DNA from: Phyllobates terribilis
Taxonomy: Eukaryota
Reading direction: 5' to 3'
Assembly: GCF_046119375.1 (NCBI RefSeq)
Contig: NW_027362772.1
Span: forward strand, 78,864,001 to 78,928,000
DNA length: 64,000 nucleotides
Below are positions 1 through 14,026 of the stretch, piece after piece (within the stretch, counting starts at the first letter, position 1; each line of letters starts with the position of its first letter). A program made the position numbers and the translations under genes. A model generated the notes under the pieces. It did no database searches, was not told where the DNA came from, and was given only the letters and a program-made list of their open reading frames with translations.

Positions 1-799
1 ACTGCAGAGACCAACACTAGAGAGGGGGCCTCACGTCCTCCTCTATGGTGCGGTCTATGGCACGACGATAGCGAGCACTGTACCATTTCTGTCCCACCCG
101 TAATAAGTGCGCCACTCCATGCAATTTAAAAAGGGGGACACCAACCCAGTGAGCAAAAAGTAATATACAATACTTCTCTTCCCCAACCACACCAGATCCA
201 ACCATTTTTTGGCTCACTCACAACCCAATAATCCCAGTAAGATTTCTATAAAAAGCGAATACTTGGGGTCAATCCTCCACCTGCTTCAGATACGACTGGG
301 ATGGGGGCCAATATCTGCACCCTGTGTCCCCCTGTCCCGGCCACATACAGCAGTCCGAGCCGCCACGCTGTCTTAATCCTACCTTCTTCCTCGGCCGGTG
401 ACTCCAAGACAAGCTGTGAACCCTCCTCTGTGCATCTGAACAAACCAGCTCGGCGTCTCGGGAGGTGTGTGTCCCCACCCCTCCATGGAAATACTAGACA
501 GAACATTTTCCGTCAATTTAACCCCTCTACCTTCTAAATGACATTGAATACAAAAGACGTCATACACAACATCTGATGGGTGGTGGTGGGGGCCTCCAAA
601 AGTACAACACCTGACATGCCGAAGGTCGGGGGACCACCGACGTGGTCAGGGGAGTGTGCACGCAGGCAGGCCTCCATGCTGGGATTTGTAGTTTTCCAAC
701 AGCGGTACGAGAAGAGCACAGCGAAAATGGGATTTATAATCTTGCCGTGTATTTTCGAGGCATATTTTTCAGGCTTAAAAAAAAATATTATATATGTTA

Positions 800-1340
800 A
801 TGCTAAAAAAAAATTAACGCGTTTCGAAACGACGTTCTAAAAGAAGCCACCGATACTTCTTCAGGCGGCTTCCACTATATGGTTTAAAAAAATAAAAAGA
901 CGACGGAGCCGCCACGAGAACAAGGGCAAATACGGTCTGTAATTGTCCTGAGTCTCCGAAGCTACTGTCTGCAGCGCTTAGGTCACGTCGACAACGCCTC
1001 GGCCAATCGTCAGCCCAAGAAGACGGATGAACTGTACCTAGATCAGCGGCAAAAATCCAAGGATCAGCCTCATAATTACACAGCGGATTCTCTGTTAAAC
1101 CGGTATCCGGTTCACATCTCCAACGTCTGGAGGAGTGGAGACTTCTTAGAAGAAGTGATGTCCTCCTCCACAGTTACCTCGTACTCCTCGCAGGTCCCTC
1201 TCCACTACTCTTCTATCTTCCCGTCCATGGTCTCTGCATTGAGAGGAAGACATCGGGTTTGATACTCGCAGGATTTTGTGGCATCGCTATGAAATATCCG
1301 ACCAGGGTTCAATGAAGATCTTGAGAAGAGAAGCTCCTTG
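800..1340 (-). mobile_element. Possible Penelope-like retroelement remnant (end of GIY-YIG ORF followed by a hammerhead-like motif)
   Basis: Broken frame EVSTPPDVGDVNRI..QR..IMRL loosely resembles PLE C-termini; downstream CTGAAGAAG...CGAAACGCGTT. Weak, by eye only. Confidence 0.3.
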
Positions 1341-1759
1341 AGACCCATCGTGCTCATGTTGCAATTTTTCTTTTGCTCCGATTTTCCAAACTCCCAGCAA
1401 AAATGCTGCGATTTCACTACAAAAACCAAAATGCAACTGTGATGTAGAAATGGACCCTAACGGGGTCGGTTTTTGCAGGAACGTTTCGACAGACACCCTT
1501 ATGGGCATGTTCACATGGTAAAATTCTAATGCAGATTTTGGTACGTATTCTGAGCCCAAATTCTTGTGAATACGGTCCGCAATCCATCTCCCTCGGTTGT
1601 GATCAATGGGATTCAGGGAAACGTTCAATCCATTAATGTCCACTTCTGCCTTTTAGTCCAAATAAGAGGGAGTTTCTTCCGTCAGCCAGCCCCGTCACAC
1701 AGAGCTAACTGCTAAACCAGCCCCCTTCTCCATCAATGCATCAGCCAAGGACCTTTTTA

Positions 1760-2205
1760 AGGACCTTTTTTTCCATAGATGGGTACTGTCGAATAGAGCT
1801 TGAAAAAACAAGCACTTTTGCAATTTACTGCTCGTTAAAATTTGCAGCCGTTCTTGAGATATTAACGCTTTTCCTTTCGGCTCATTGCCTAGGAGACCGA
1901 CCACCGCTGCTGTCTAGCTTTGTAAGCGCTACGCTGATGCTAGCTGGGGATTAGGAGGGAACAGTGATCCAGGTCAGCTTCAAAACAGCACTTACGAGTT
2001 CAATAGAGAGGAGCCTGCAAGTACTGCGCATGTTTTGCAGTCTAACAGCAGTGGACGGTCTCCAAGGCAACGAGCAGTAAACAAAAGAAAAGTGTTAATA
2101 TCTCAAAAACGGGTGCAAATTTTAATAAGCAATCAATTGCAAAATTATCTGTATTTACAAGCTCTATCCGACAATATAATCTATGAAGATGGGAAAAAAC
2201 ACCCT
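1760..2205. mobile_element. T2/Kolobok-type MITE, copy 2
   Basis: Shares AAGCACTTTTGCAATTTACTGC and TTGCCTAGGAGACCGACCACC arms with 4408-4865; ends ACCCT|TTAA. Confidence 0.75.
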
Positions 2206-4407
2206 TTAAAATGTTAAAATGAACAGCCAGCCACCTTCACACGCAGCATTGATGCCAGAAAACGCTGTTTCTTGGGTAGATTTACACACACATTTGGACA
2301 ACAATCCCTTTAAGTGTTTTTTTTAAAGGGAATGTTTACATTTCGAATACACAAAGTATCCAAAATAAATAAATAAAAACTGTGTATGGTATACATTGAT
2401 GCAAAAAAAGGGAATTTTCAACAAATTTGTCGCACATAAACTGGTGGAAAAAAACTTTATGCAACCCCAAAATACCACATTTTACCCCCCTAGTCACTAT
2501 GACTGTACCACATAGCAAATAGTGAGTCTGGTACTTGCCAGGACTGTTAGATCCAGGACTACCATTCCCTTGAATCCTCCAGCACGGACGCTCTTGATTT
2601 CCCGCCTTCTGATCAAAGCATGGTCGCTCCACGTGACGAAGAAAGAGACAAAGGATTTCCCGTGCAACAATGAAAGAGAAGGAAGTGACACGGCAGGTTA
2701 CCCAGAAAAGAAGAGGAGACCCCCGTGGGCGGAGGGCGACAGCCAGCAAATGCTGCATGAATACGGAGTGTACTGAGTGAGTCGATTGCCCCAGACGGCT
2801 CGGTGGTATGTGAATGGAGAAGCGTGCGCCCGGCGGGCACATGATTACACCTCCTGTATGTGGCCACACATTTCCTGAGGATTACAGACGCAGACGTTTC
2901 CTTCCCGATATTCTCTGCACTTTTTTAGTTACTTATTAAGAAGCTCCCTCCAAAACGAGTCTACTCCTTTGGATCTCCAACTGCTCAATTTCCCTACAGC
3001 GCTCCCAGAGGGGAAATGAAGTATCGCATGGTACCTATGGAAATCAATTAGGGTGGATGTTTTGGGTCCTCCAGAAATTCTCCTCCACTACGATTCGGGA
3101 GCTGTGGTCACAAAGGAACAAAAGTCTACTCCTTTCCAGGGTCGGACAGGGAATATCCACGAGTGGCATCACTTTGTAGGAAAGAAGGGGCCTGGCTTGG
3201 GGTGATCTTGAACATGTCTGAATGAATTTTTGAGAAAAAAAATTGCATTCTTAGGAAACACCAACTATAAATCCAACCTGAATGTATAATTCCTCCGGGA
3301 CTGATCCGTCCTCTTCTTCGGCGAGTTACAACACGTCCACTCCCGGGATTAAGTCTGTAATCCGTACGCGGAATATGATTATCTGCAGCGATTTACACCG
3401 ATAATTTACAGGGAATTTGCCCATGGCATGGTGGTGGAGATTATATAATGTGAGACGTAAAAGGGACAGGGAGGCGACGTAATGCCGAATACAGGTGTAC
3501 ATTATGTTAAAGGATACCCAAAGGCCTCCCAATCCTACTAAGAGGGTCCGAAAAGGTTGTCATCTCCAAAAAGGGGGACTGCTCCTCGTGACACTTCCTT
3601 CTTCTAATGGTGATGTAAAAGAGATTGTGCCGCTTGATAATGCCAGGCGGTGAGGCATCAAGGGTGGTCCGACCGCTGGGACCCCCGCTCATCCCAAGAA
3701 TGTGGCTGTGAAGAAGACGACTTTAATAGGGCAGAGGGGCGCATACTCGTCCCCTGCTCCATACATTCTTTATGGTTCTCCAAGTAATTCGCTATATCCA
3801 ACAGTCCCATAGTCAATGAATAGAGCGGGGTTCGAGCGTGCGCACCTCCGCTCCGTTCAGGTCGTATTCTGCTGAGCTTAATTCCCGAACCCCCCGATCA
3901 CAGGGAGCTCCAGACGTCGGACCCCCAACGATCAGTAAATTATCCCCTTTACAAGGGGATATTTTTAATATCTTCTGGCCCTAATGTCGCAGTAAAAAAC
4001 AACGTTAAATTGTAGACATGTCGCGAGCGGGTCAGTGTCCCTATAGCGCAGGTCCAAGAGCGATCTGGGGGGTATGACAAGTTTGGAAAAAATTTTCAAA
4101 AATTCCAGGAGTGCAAAATCCGATCAGCGCTGCAACAAAAATGTTCACTTCATTAATTGTGAATAGTTTTACGACTTTCTCCCTCCACAACCCTCTAATC
4201 CTTCCTCCTGGCGGGGGTAAAAGTAGTATGATCAGACTACAAGTCATCAGGTAGGAACGAGGACAACAGTGGGTCATGTTACATATCACCTTCCTTTTAT
4301 TAACACTGGGGATATATCATCAACGGGAACTTTATTTCTTAGTTCAGACACCTACACTACAGTCACTTTATTTCTGGCTAGGTGAGGGAGCCGACCTGTG
4401 ACCTTAA

Positions 4408-4865
4408 AGGGTTATAATTCCCATTTTCATATATGGTATGGTTGGATAGTGCTGGTAAAAACAAGCACTTTTGCAATTTACTGCTTATTAAAATTCACAG
4501 CCGTTCCTGAGATATTAACACTTTTTCTTTTGTTTACAGCTCGTTGCCTAGGAGACCGACCACCACTGCTGTCTAGCTTGTAAGCACTGCGCTGAAGCTG
4601 GAGGTACTGGAAACTAACAGGGTGGTCCAGCAATGCATACAAGCTATTAGAACAGAGTTTTGTAAGTCCTTTACATATTTGGCAATGGCAACTAAACTGC
4701 AGCGGTGGTCGGTCTCCTAGGCAACGAGCTAAACCAAAAACATAAGAAAAAAATGTTAATATTTCAAGAACGGATGAAAATTTTAATAAGCAGTAAATTG
4801 CAAAGTTGCTTGTTTTTACGAGGTCTATCCGATAATATCCATGTATGAAAATAGGGATAACCCCT
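4408..4865. mobile_element. T2/Kolobok-type palindromic MITE
   Basis: TTAA|AGGG...CCCCT|TTAA with internal inverted symmetry; same family as 1760-2205 and 15695-16077. Confidence 0.8.
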
Positions 4866-5877
4866 TTAAGTAACTACTCTATAGCGTAGATGTCACAGAC
4901 ATTTTGCTTCTCTTGGCTGCTACAAAATACCACAGCTATAATCAGTGAATCTAGGTCAGCAAGTCAGAAATCCATGCTTTACACTGCAGCTCTGCTCATG
5001 CAGCTTCGTATAGACATAAAACATTCACAAGACTAAATACGCAGGTGAAGAACCCTTCACTTCTGAACAAACAGCGATGTGGACGTGGCATCCGTAAGGC
5101 AGTATAGGGGCGTCTTGAGCACGTCTGGAGGATGGGCGGGTTTGGTAGGGGTTTATCTGCTATGCAAAGGACCAAAATGTCAGATTTGTATCCCCTCCTG
5201 CCCCGATACATTGCATCAGAGGACACAAAAATTCACAAAAATTGTGGTATTTATCAAGCCTAGTTTTTGCCATCTCTAGAAAAGATATTTTGTTTGCCTA
5301 AGACTTAGCGCCCCGGGGGGCAGCAGAATAATTAAATACTACGGAAAGAACCTGACTGTACGTACTGATGCCTACAGGGGCTCTCCGCTTTGTCAGAAAG
5401 GTCCCTTGACAAAAGGATGATCACAAGGTGTTGGGGAGGGGGGGGGGGGGGATTATGACGTATAGGTTTCTATCACAGCAGCGCCACCGCAGGGCAAATT
5501 AAGTATTGCACAATTCCTATGGAAATTAATAGAATTTTATAGAAATGCATAATGTGACGAGTCCTCAAAGCTGCAGCCAGGCTGTCACATAGAAATCACT
5601 GAACTCTGCTGAATTATTCTAAATAATCCTTTTAAAAATAGATGAAAAATGCAGACGGCAAGAAACAGTCTGTAATTTCCCAGCACCGCGTGTGCGTCGT
5701 AATCACCGACTACATATTTCCCATCTATACCTGGTCATTACCGATCAAAGCCGTAACCTGAGCTGCTATTTGGCTTCCCGGTGCCACCCTCCCGTCCGTC
5801 ATATAGGCGGCTGTGTTTATTTTTGTGCCTGCAGCGAGAGTCAGTCCTAAAGTTATGGACGTTCATCTAGTGAAATA

Positions 5878-6650
5878 AGCACTGTAAGATCTGGAATATC
5901 CTACAGTGCAGCCAGCACTATAGGATCTGGAATATCCTACAGTGCAGCCAGCACTATAGGATCTGGAATATCCTACAGTGCAGCCAGCACTATAGGATCT
6001 GGAATATCCTACAGTGCAGCCAGCACTATAGGATCTGGAATATCCTACAGTGCAGCCAGCACTATAGGATCTGGAATATCCTACAGTGCAGCCAGCACTA
6101 TAGGATCTGGAATATCCTACAGTGCAGCCAGCACTATAGGATCTGGAATATCCTACAGTGCAGCCAGCACTATAGGATCTGGAATATCCTACAGTGCAGC
6201 CAGCACTATAGGATCTGGAATATCCTACAGTGCAGCCAGCACTATAGGATCTGGAATATCCTACAGTGCAGCCAGCACTATAGGATCTGGAATATCCTAC
6301 AGTGCAGCCAGCACTATAGGATCTGGAATATCCTACAGTGCAGCCAGCACTATAGGATCTGGAATATCCTACAGTGCAGCCAGCACTATAGGATCTGGAA
6401 TATCCTACAGTGCAGCCAGCACTATAGGATCTGGAATATCCTACAGTGCAGCCAGCACTATAGGATCTGGAATATCCTACAGTGCAGCCAGCACTATAGG
6501 ATCTGGAATATCCTACAGTGCAGCCAGCACTATAGGATCTGGAATATCCTATAGTCCAGCCAGCACTACAGGACCTGGAATATCCTATAGTCCAGCCAGC
6601 ACTACAGGACCTGGAATATCCTATAGTCCAGCCAGCACTACAGGATCTGG
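5878..6650. repeat. 36-bp minisatellite, ~21 copies
   Basis: Unit ACTATAGGATCTGGAATATCCTACAGTGCAGCCAGC, almost all identical; variants at both edges. Confidence 0.97.
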
Positions 6651-7029
6651 AGACTGCCATCTCCTCCATGGTGAAGCTCTCCTAATTTTTGTTCGCAAAG
6701 CTCCAACTTCTAATACGCTAACATTCCTCCATTACATGCTATATACAGATTAGAGGAGCGAGTGACCATGGACGGCGGCAGAATGCTGGAATGTAAGTAA
6801 GGATTTCTATCATATACTGGAATCACAATAATGAAGCTGTTGAAAAACTACAACTCCCAGCATGCCCTGAAAGGCTAAAGCAACGCTTCATTCACTAGCC
6901 GGTCCTTGGGACATTCAGACAACCAGCAATCATGAAGTTATCACCTATCCCATGAATAGTGGATCATTTCTAAACTTGAGAAAACCCCCTTTAAATTACT
7001 TCCCTTTTCCCAGTTCAAAAATATAATTA

Positions 7030-7411
7030 AAAAAAAATAAACATATTTGCTATCGTCAAATCGTAAAGGTCAATGTATCAAAATATAAAATTATTTAAAC
7101 TGTACATAAAATACTGAAAAGAGAAAAAAATATATATATGTAAAATTCTAAAAAAATATATATAATTGAACTGTACGTAATTATTGAAAAGAGAAATAAA
7201 TATTAACAGTATGTATAATACTGAAGAGAAAAAATATATAAAATTCTAAAAAATATATAATTTAACTATACGTAAAATACTGAAAAGAAAATATTTTTAA
7301 AATTGTATATATTTTAACTGTATGTTACATAGTGAAAAGAGAAAAAATATATAAAAATTCTGAAAATTTAAACTGTACGTCAAATACTAAAAAGAGAAAT
7401 ATATAGAATTC

Positions 7412-7461
<50 letters not shown>

Positions 7462-7520
7462 TAAACTGTGCGTAAATATTGAAAAAAGAAAAAAAATATA
7501 TAAACTATATGTAAAATACT
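7030..7520. repeat. AT-rich degenerate ~60-bp tandem repeat with (TA)n
   Basis: Recurring AACTGTACGTAAAATACTGAAAAGAGA; (AT)n at ~7414-7457. Confidence 0.75.
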
Positions 7521-8920
7521 GATAAGAGAAAAAGAATGCCATTGTTTTTTGGTCGCTACATCTCCTTCCAAAAAATGTAATAAAGAGCAATCAAAACACT
7601 TTATGCATTCGAAAGCAGAGTCATTCAGGGTAATGGATAAAGATAAAAGGCAAGACCACCCTAACAGTGATATAGAACAAAAAAAAATGGCAGTACGTGC
7701 TGTGATAAGCGGCACTCTGAGACAAGAGACCACTCATTCAGAGTGACACCTGCATTGTCACATCACAGAAATGTCATATACAACCCGAAAAGTGACCAAA
7801 TATATGACACTAACAAAAAAGCTGACATTATTGCCCCTAGCAACAAATCACAAAGCCTTATTGCACCCTATCAACCAATCACAGCACAGCTTTCATTGAG
7901 AATTCGGCTCTGCAAATATGGAAGCCGCGCTGTGATTGGTTACTTTGGCCAAGAAAGACAATTTTTCATTTAGACCTTTTTTATAAACCTCCGGCATTGC
8001 TGCTCGCCCCGTCAGCTCTGTCCCCGCCTCCACGTGCTTTCTTTGACAGAGAGACGGCTCTGGCTGACAGTTACCCCCTTGTCAGTATCTATCCTCGGTT
8101 TATCCCGTCCATGTAAGTCTGTAGCAGCAGGATACATACCGTTATTACTAGCAGAGATGATTGCCTGTATAAAACCCGCAGGACCGGCAGAATAAAATGT
8201 CACTAGAGCAGAACACGCGTGGAAACACTACAACCACTAGAGGACCGGAGCGCACAATAATGTCTCCAGTGCAGACGCCATTTTGACGTCTACATTCCCA
8301 TTGCATCATATGCTCTGAGGGTCTCCAGAAAGATGGCGACCGCCCACCGACACAGTATTGCATCAGCCAAATCTTATTGGAGGATGAGTCCTCACCCTAA
8401 ACTTAGCTGTGTGTCGCTCTGGAGCTCTGAGGTGTCGTCTTTTTTCTTGCTTTTGACACGAGACATAGTTACAGGACTGTGACACCTGAATGGTTACTGA
8501 TCAGAGACACTTGTATCACTTTATTCCAACCCATTAATGCAGCTCCTATTTATCAGGGGTTGTTAACCTCTGGGGACGTGTGTTTTTTTCCTTACTTAAA
8601 TGCATATTCAGGGTTAAAAAAAAAATCTAATTTTTGCAATTGGTTTTCATGAAAAATTTTGCACCATTTGGCTTTTACAGACCTTTTGCTTCCCTGCACT
8701 TTGATGCGATCTGTGGTCATAAATTAGCTCAGAGGAGAAAAAGACGGTCAGAATGCGCTCACTGATGGATACTCAGTTCACTCATTCTGCAACCAGCAGA
8801 AGCACAAATGCCATAGTAGGGAGACGATGAAAATTTTTAGATTAAAACAATTCCCCCCCCCAAAGATGGACAACATGTTGTTCTCATTATATTAAAGTAG
8901 GTAAAATCAAGCAACTTTAA

Positions 8921-9648
8921 CCCCTTCACAACATATGAGGTGCATGTACATCATGGGTCGAGTCCTGGCATTTGATGCGGCCTCCGGCGCTGAGCCCGCA
9001 TCTTTCCCGACACATGACAGCTGATCTGATCAGATGTCATGTGCGCCGCAGGTGGAATCACGATCTACCCGCCGCTGTTAACATGTTAAATGCCGCTGTC
9101 CATCTCTGCAATAACATTGCAATAAAAGGCAATCAAAACATCGAATCTACCCCAAAATGGTATCAATAAAGACATCAGCTCGGGGCGCAAAAAGTAAGCC
9201 CTTGCTCGGCCCCAGACCCCATAAAATGGAGACGCTAGGACAACGGCTCCATTTTTTTTTTTTTCTTACAAACTTTGGATTTTTTTTCACCACTTAAATA
9301 AAAAAGAACCTATACATGTTTGGTGTCTGTGTACTCATAATGACCTGGAGAATAATAATGGCAGGTCAGTTTTAGCATTTAGTGAACATGGTAAAAAAAA
9401 AAAAAAAAAACAATTATCAAATTGAATTTTTTTTTTGCAATTTCACCGCCCTTGGAATTTTTTTTCCCCGTTTTCCAGTACACGATATGGTAAAAATAAA
9501 TGGTGTCGTTTAAAAGCACAACTCGTCCCGCAAAAAAAAAAAGCCATCATATATATTGACAGAAAAATAAAAAGAAGTTATGGCTCTGGGAAGAAGGGGA
9601 GGAAAAAACGAAAACGCAAAAATGGAAAATCGCAAAGTCGTGAAGGGG
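8921..9648. mobile_element. piggyBac-like non-autonomous element
   Basis: TTAA|CCCCTTCAC ... GTGAAGGGG|TTAA. Confidence 0.8.
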
Positions 9649-10400
9649 TTAATAGTTATGAAAAACTCTCTCATTCTCAAGATCAGAAGAATTTTTATTT
9701 TTACATTTTATTGTTTATTAAAATTTAATCTAATTAGTAATAGAAATGCTGCAGAATTTTTTTTGCAGATGCTGTGTAACACATTTATCAATAGTAGTGA
9801 CAATAATTTTCTTAAAGTCCTAAGTATGTAGATACATTTGAAATGGTGACAAACCCACGACCTCTAGGGACAACTTCCCAAATCAAAGAATAACTCGCTG
9901 GATCAGGGACTTTTTGGGTCTCCCACGGGGCCGATTGCAAACCCTGCAACTATTGTAGTTACGCCCTTGCCTGTGATAGTTTATAGGGCCATTCACCCAT
10001 CCATGATTTTTCCTGAACTGAGTGGTCCCTGGAAAATGGCTGAGACATGTCTGATTTTGATCAAAATCGGCAAAGCAAGTTTATGGTTCCGATTATCACG
10101 GACTGTCACATAGTAGAATGTGGAGAAACATTTATTTTTTTCTCTACATACAAGAAAAACATACGACACTCGGACCAAACTCCAATCAAAATAATTGTCC
10201 CGTTTTTCTTGTACATGAGGAAAAAGGACGTCTACTTAGGCATATACTTCCCGGCTCCTGTCCACTTCGGCACTGATACCTTGACTTGCAGCCTTCTCCG
10301 GGGGGGGACGACTTATGTTGCTGACAGTCAGGGGCGTAACGATAGGGGTGGGGGCCCGCCAACACCCGAACAAACTTCAATTGGATGTGCGTCCTCGGGA

Positions 10401-10761
10401 CATATGTGCCGGGATGGAAGACGTATGTGCCGGGATGGAAGACGTATGTGCCGGGATGGAAGACGTATGTGCCGGGATGGAAGACGTATATGCCGGGATG
10501 GAAGACGTATATGCCGGGATGGAAGACGTATATGCCGGGATGGAAGACGTATATGCCGGGATGGAAGACGTATATGCCGGGATGGAAGACGTATATGCCG
10601 GGATGGAAGACGTATATGCCGGGATGGAAGACGTATATGCCGGGATGGAAGACGTATATACCGGGATGGAAGACGTATATACCGGGATGGAAGACGTATA
10701 TACCGGGATGGAAGACGTATATACCGGGATGGAAGACGTATATACCGGGATGGAAGACATA
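10401..10761. repeat. 21-bp minisatellite, ~17 copies
   Basis: Unit CCGGGATGGAAGACGTATATG with ordered variants TGTG -> TATG -> TATA; remnants also at 12375-12418 and after 14027. Confidence 0.96.
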
Positions 10762-12374
10762 CAGTACAGACCAACAGTTTGGACACACCTTCTCATTTAA
10801 AGATTTTTCTGTATTTTCTTGACTATGGAAATTGTACATTCACACTGAAGGCATCAAAACTATGAATCAACACATGTGGAATTATATACTTAACAAAAAA
10901 GTGTGAAACAACTGAAAATATGTCTTATATTCTAGGATCTTCAAAGTAGCCACCTTTTGCTTTGATGACTGCTTTGCACACTCTTGGCATTCTCTTGATG
11001 AGCTTCAAGAGGTAATCACCGGAAATACTCTTCCAACAATCTTGATGGAGTTCCCAGAGATGCTTAGCACTTGTTGGCCCTTTTGCCTTCACTCTGCGGT
11101 CCAGCTCACCCCAAACCATCTCGATTGGGTTCAGGTCTGGTGACTGTGGAGGCCAGGTCATCTGGCGTAGCACCCCATCACTCTCCTTCTTGGTCAAATA
11201 GCCCTTACACAGCCTGGAGGTTTGTTTGGGGTCATTGTCCTGTTGAAAAATAAATGATGGTCCAACTAAACGCAAACCGGATGGAATAGCATGCCGCTGC
11301 AAGATGCTGTGGTAGCCATGCTGGTTCAGTATGCCTTCAATTTTGAATAAATCCCCAACAGTGTCACCAGCAAAGCACCCCCACACCATCACACCTCCTC
11401 CTCCATGCTTCACGGTGGGAACCAGGCATGTAGAGTCCATCCGTTCACCTTTTCTGCGTCGCACAAAGACTCGGTAGTTGGAACTAAAGATCTCAAATTT
11501 GGACTCATCAGACCAAAGCACAGGTCTAATGTCCATTTCTTGTGTTCTTTAGCCCAAACAAGTCTCTTCTGCTTGTTGAATGTCCTTAGCAGTTAGCAGC
11601 TATTTTACCATGAAGGCCTGCTGCACAAACTCTCCTTTTAATAGTTTTTGAAGAGATGTGTCTGCTGCTAGAACTCTGTGTGGCATTGACCTGGTCTCTA
11701 ATCTGAGCTGCTGTTAACCTGCGATTTCTGAGGCTGGTGACTCGGATAAACTTATCCTCAGAAGCAGAGGTGACTCTTGGTCTTGCTTTCCTGGGGCGGT
11801 CCTCATGTGAGCCAGTTTCTTTGTAGCGATTGATGGTTTTTGCAACTTCACTTGGGGACATTTTCAAAGTTTTCCCAATTTTTCGGACTGACTGACCTTC
11901 ATTTCTTAAAGTAATGATGGCCACTCGTTTTTCTTTACTTAGCTGCTTTTTTCTTGCCATAATACAAATTTTAACAGCCTATTCAGTAGGACTATCAGCT
12001 GTATATCCACCAGACTTCTGCACAACACAACTGATGGTCCCAACCCCATTTATAAGGCAAGAAATCCCACTTATTAAACCTGACAGGGCACACCTGTTAA
12101 GTGAAAACCATTTCCGGTGACTACCTCTTGAAGCTCATCAAGAGAATGCCAAGAGTGTGCAAAGCAGTCATCAAAGCAAAAGGTGGCCACTTTGAAGAAC
12201 CCAGAATATAAGACATATTTTCAGTTGTTTCACACCTTTTTGTTAAGTATATAATTCCACATGTGTTAATTCATAGTTTTGATGCCTTCAGTGTGAATGT
12301 ACAATTTTCATAGTCATGAAAATGCAGAAAAATCTTTAAATGAGAAGGTGTGACCAAACTTTTGGTCTGTACTG
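10762..12374 (-). mobile_element. Tc1-like transposon copy A (defective transposase)
   Basis: TA-flanked, ~265-bp inverted repeats starting CAGTACAGACC; transposase 11960->10925 in broken frames with MARKKQLS.., WSDESKF, QQDNDPK, SPDLNPIE (DD34E). Confidence 0.96.
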
Positions 12375-12418
12375 TATATACCAGGATGGGGGACATATAT
12401 ACCAGGATGGGGGATATA

Positions 12419-14026
12419 CAGTAGAGACCAAAAGTTTGGACACACCTTCTCATTTAAAGATTTTTCTGTATTTTCATGACTATGAAAATTGTACATTCAC
12501 ACTGAAGGCATCAAAACTATGAATTAACACATGTGGAATTATATACTTAACAAAAAGGTGTGAAACAACTGAAAATATGTCTTATATTCTGGGTTCTTCA
12601 AAGTGGCCACCTTTTGCTTTGATGACTGCTTTGCACACTCTTGGTATTCTCTTGTTGAGCTTCAAGAGGTAGTCACCGGAAATGGTCTTCCAACAATCTT
12701 GAAGGAGTTCCCAGAGATGCTTAGCACTTGTTGGCCCTTTTGCCTTCACTCTGCGGTCCAGCTCACTCCAAACCATCTCGATTGGGTTCAGGTCTGGTGA
12801 CTGGAGGCCAGGTCATCTGGCGTAGCACCCCATCACTCTCCTTCTTGGTCAAATAGCCCTTACACAGCGTGGAGGGGTGTTTGGGGTCATTGTCCTGTTG
12901 AAAAATAAATGATGGTCCAACTAAATGCAAACCGGATGGAATAGCATGCCGCTGCAAGATGCTGTGGTAGCCATGCTGGTTCAGTATGCCTTCAATTTTG
13001 AATAAATCCCCAACAGTGTCACCAGCAAAGCACCCCCACACCATCACACCTCCTCCTCCATGCTTCACGGTGGGAACCAGGCATGTAGAGTCCATCCGTT
13101 CACCTTTTCTGCGTCGCACAAAGACACGGTGGTTGGAACCAAAGATCTCAAATTTGGACTCATCAGACCAAAGCACAGATTTCCACTGGTCTAATGTCCA
13201 TTCCTTGTGTTCTTTAGCCCAAACAAGTCTCTTCTGCTTGTTGCCTGTCCTTAGCAGTGGTTTCCTAGCAGCTATTTTACCATGAAGACCTGCTGCACAA
13301 AGTATCCTCTTAACAGTTGTTGTAGAGATGTGTCTGCTGCTAGAACTCTGTGTGGCATTGACCTGGTCTCTAATCTAAGCTGCTGTTCACCTGAGATTTC
13401 TGAGGCTGGTGACTCGGATAAACTTATCTTCAGAAGCAGAGGTGACTCTTGGTCTTTCTTTCCTGGGGCGGTCCTCATGTGAGCCAGTTTCTTTGTAGTG
13501 CTTGATGGTTTTTGCAACTGCACTTGGGGACACTTTCAAAGTTTGCCCAATTTTTCGGACTGACTGACCTTCTTTTCTTAAAGTAATGATGGCCACTCAT
13601 TTTTCTTTACTTAGAATTTGTATTATGGCAAGAAAAAAACAGCTAACAGTCTATTCAGCAGGACTATCAGTTGTGTATCCACCAGACTTCTGCACAACAC
13701 AACTGAAGGTCCCAACCTCATTTATAAGGCAAGAAATCCCACTTATTAAACCTGACAGGGCACACCTGTGAAGTGAAAACCATTTCCAGTGACTACCTCT
13801 TGAAGCTCATCAAGAGAATGCCAAGAGTGTGCAAAGCAGTCATCAAAGCAAAAGGTGGCTACTTTGAAGAACCTAGAATATAAGACATATTTTCAGTTGT
13901 TTCACACTTTTTTTTTGTTAATTCATAGTTTTGATGCCTTCAGTGTGAATGTACAATTTTCATAGTCATGAAAATACAGAAAAATCTTTAAATGAGAAGG
14001 TGTGTCCAAACTTTTGGTCTGTACTG
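12419..14026 (-). mobile_element. Tc1-like transposon copy B (defective transposase)
   Basis: Same family, TA-flanked; frameshifted transposase ~13610->12582, start codon inverted, ~25-bp deletion in the right IR. Confidence 0.96.

Noticed and set aside
1287-1643. L1 endonuclease-like words (DINGLN, GRWI, YVPK)
   Set aside because: The segment overlaps a Harbinger-type MITE end (GGGCATGTTCACATGG at ~1503); motif order and spacing do not fit APE.
6750-6793. Small + strand exon-like unit with ATG (MDGGRMLE) and GTAAGT donor
   Set aside because: No promoter or compatible downstream exon identified; insufficient support.
10047-10865. ORFs in all six frames
   Set aside because: 21-bp stop-free unit; not evidence of overlapping genes.
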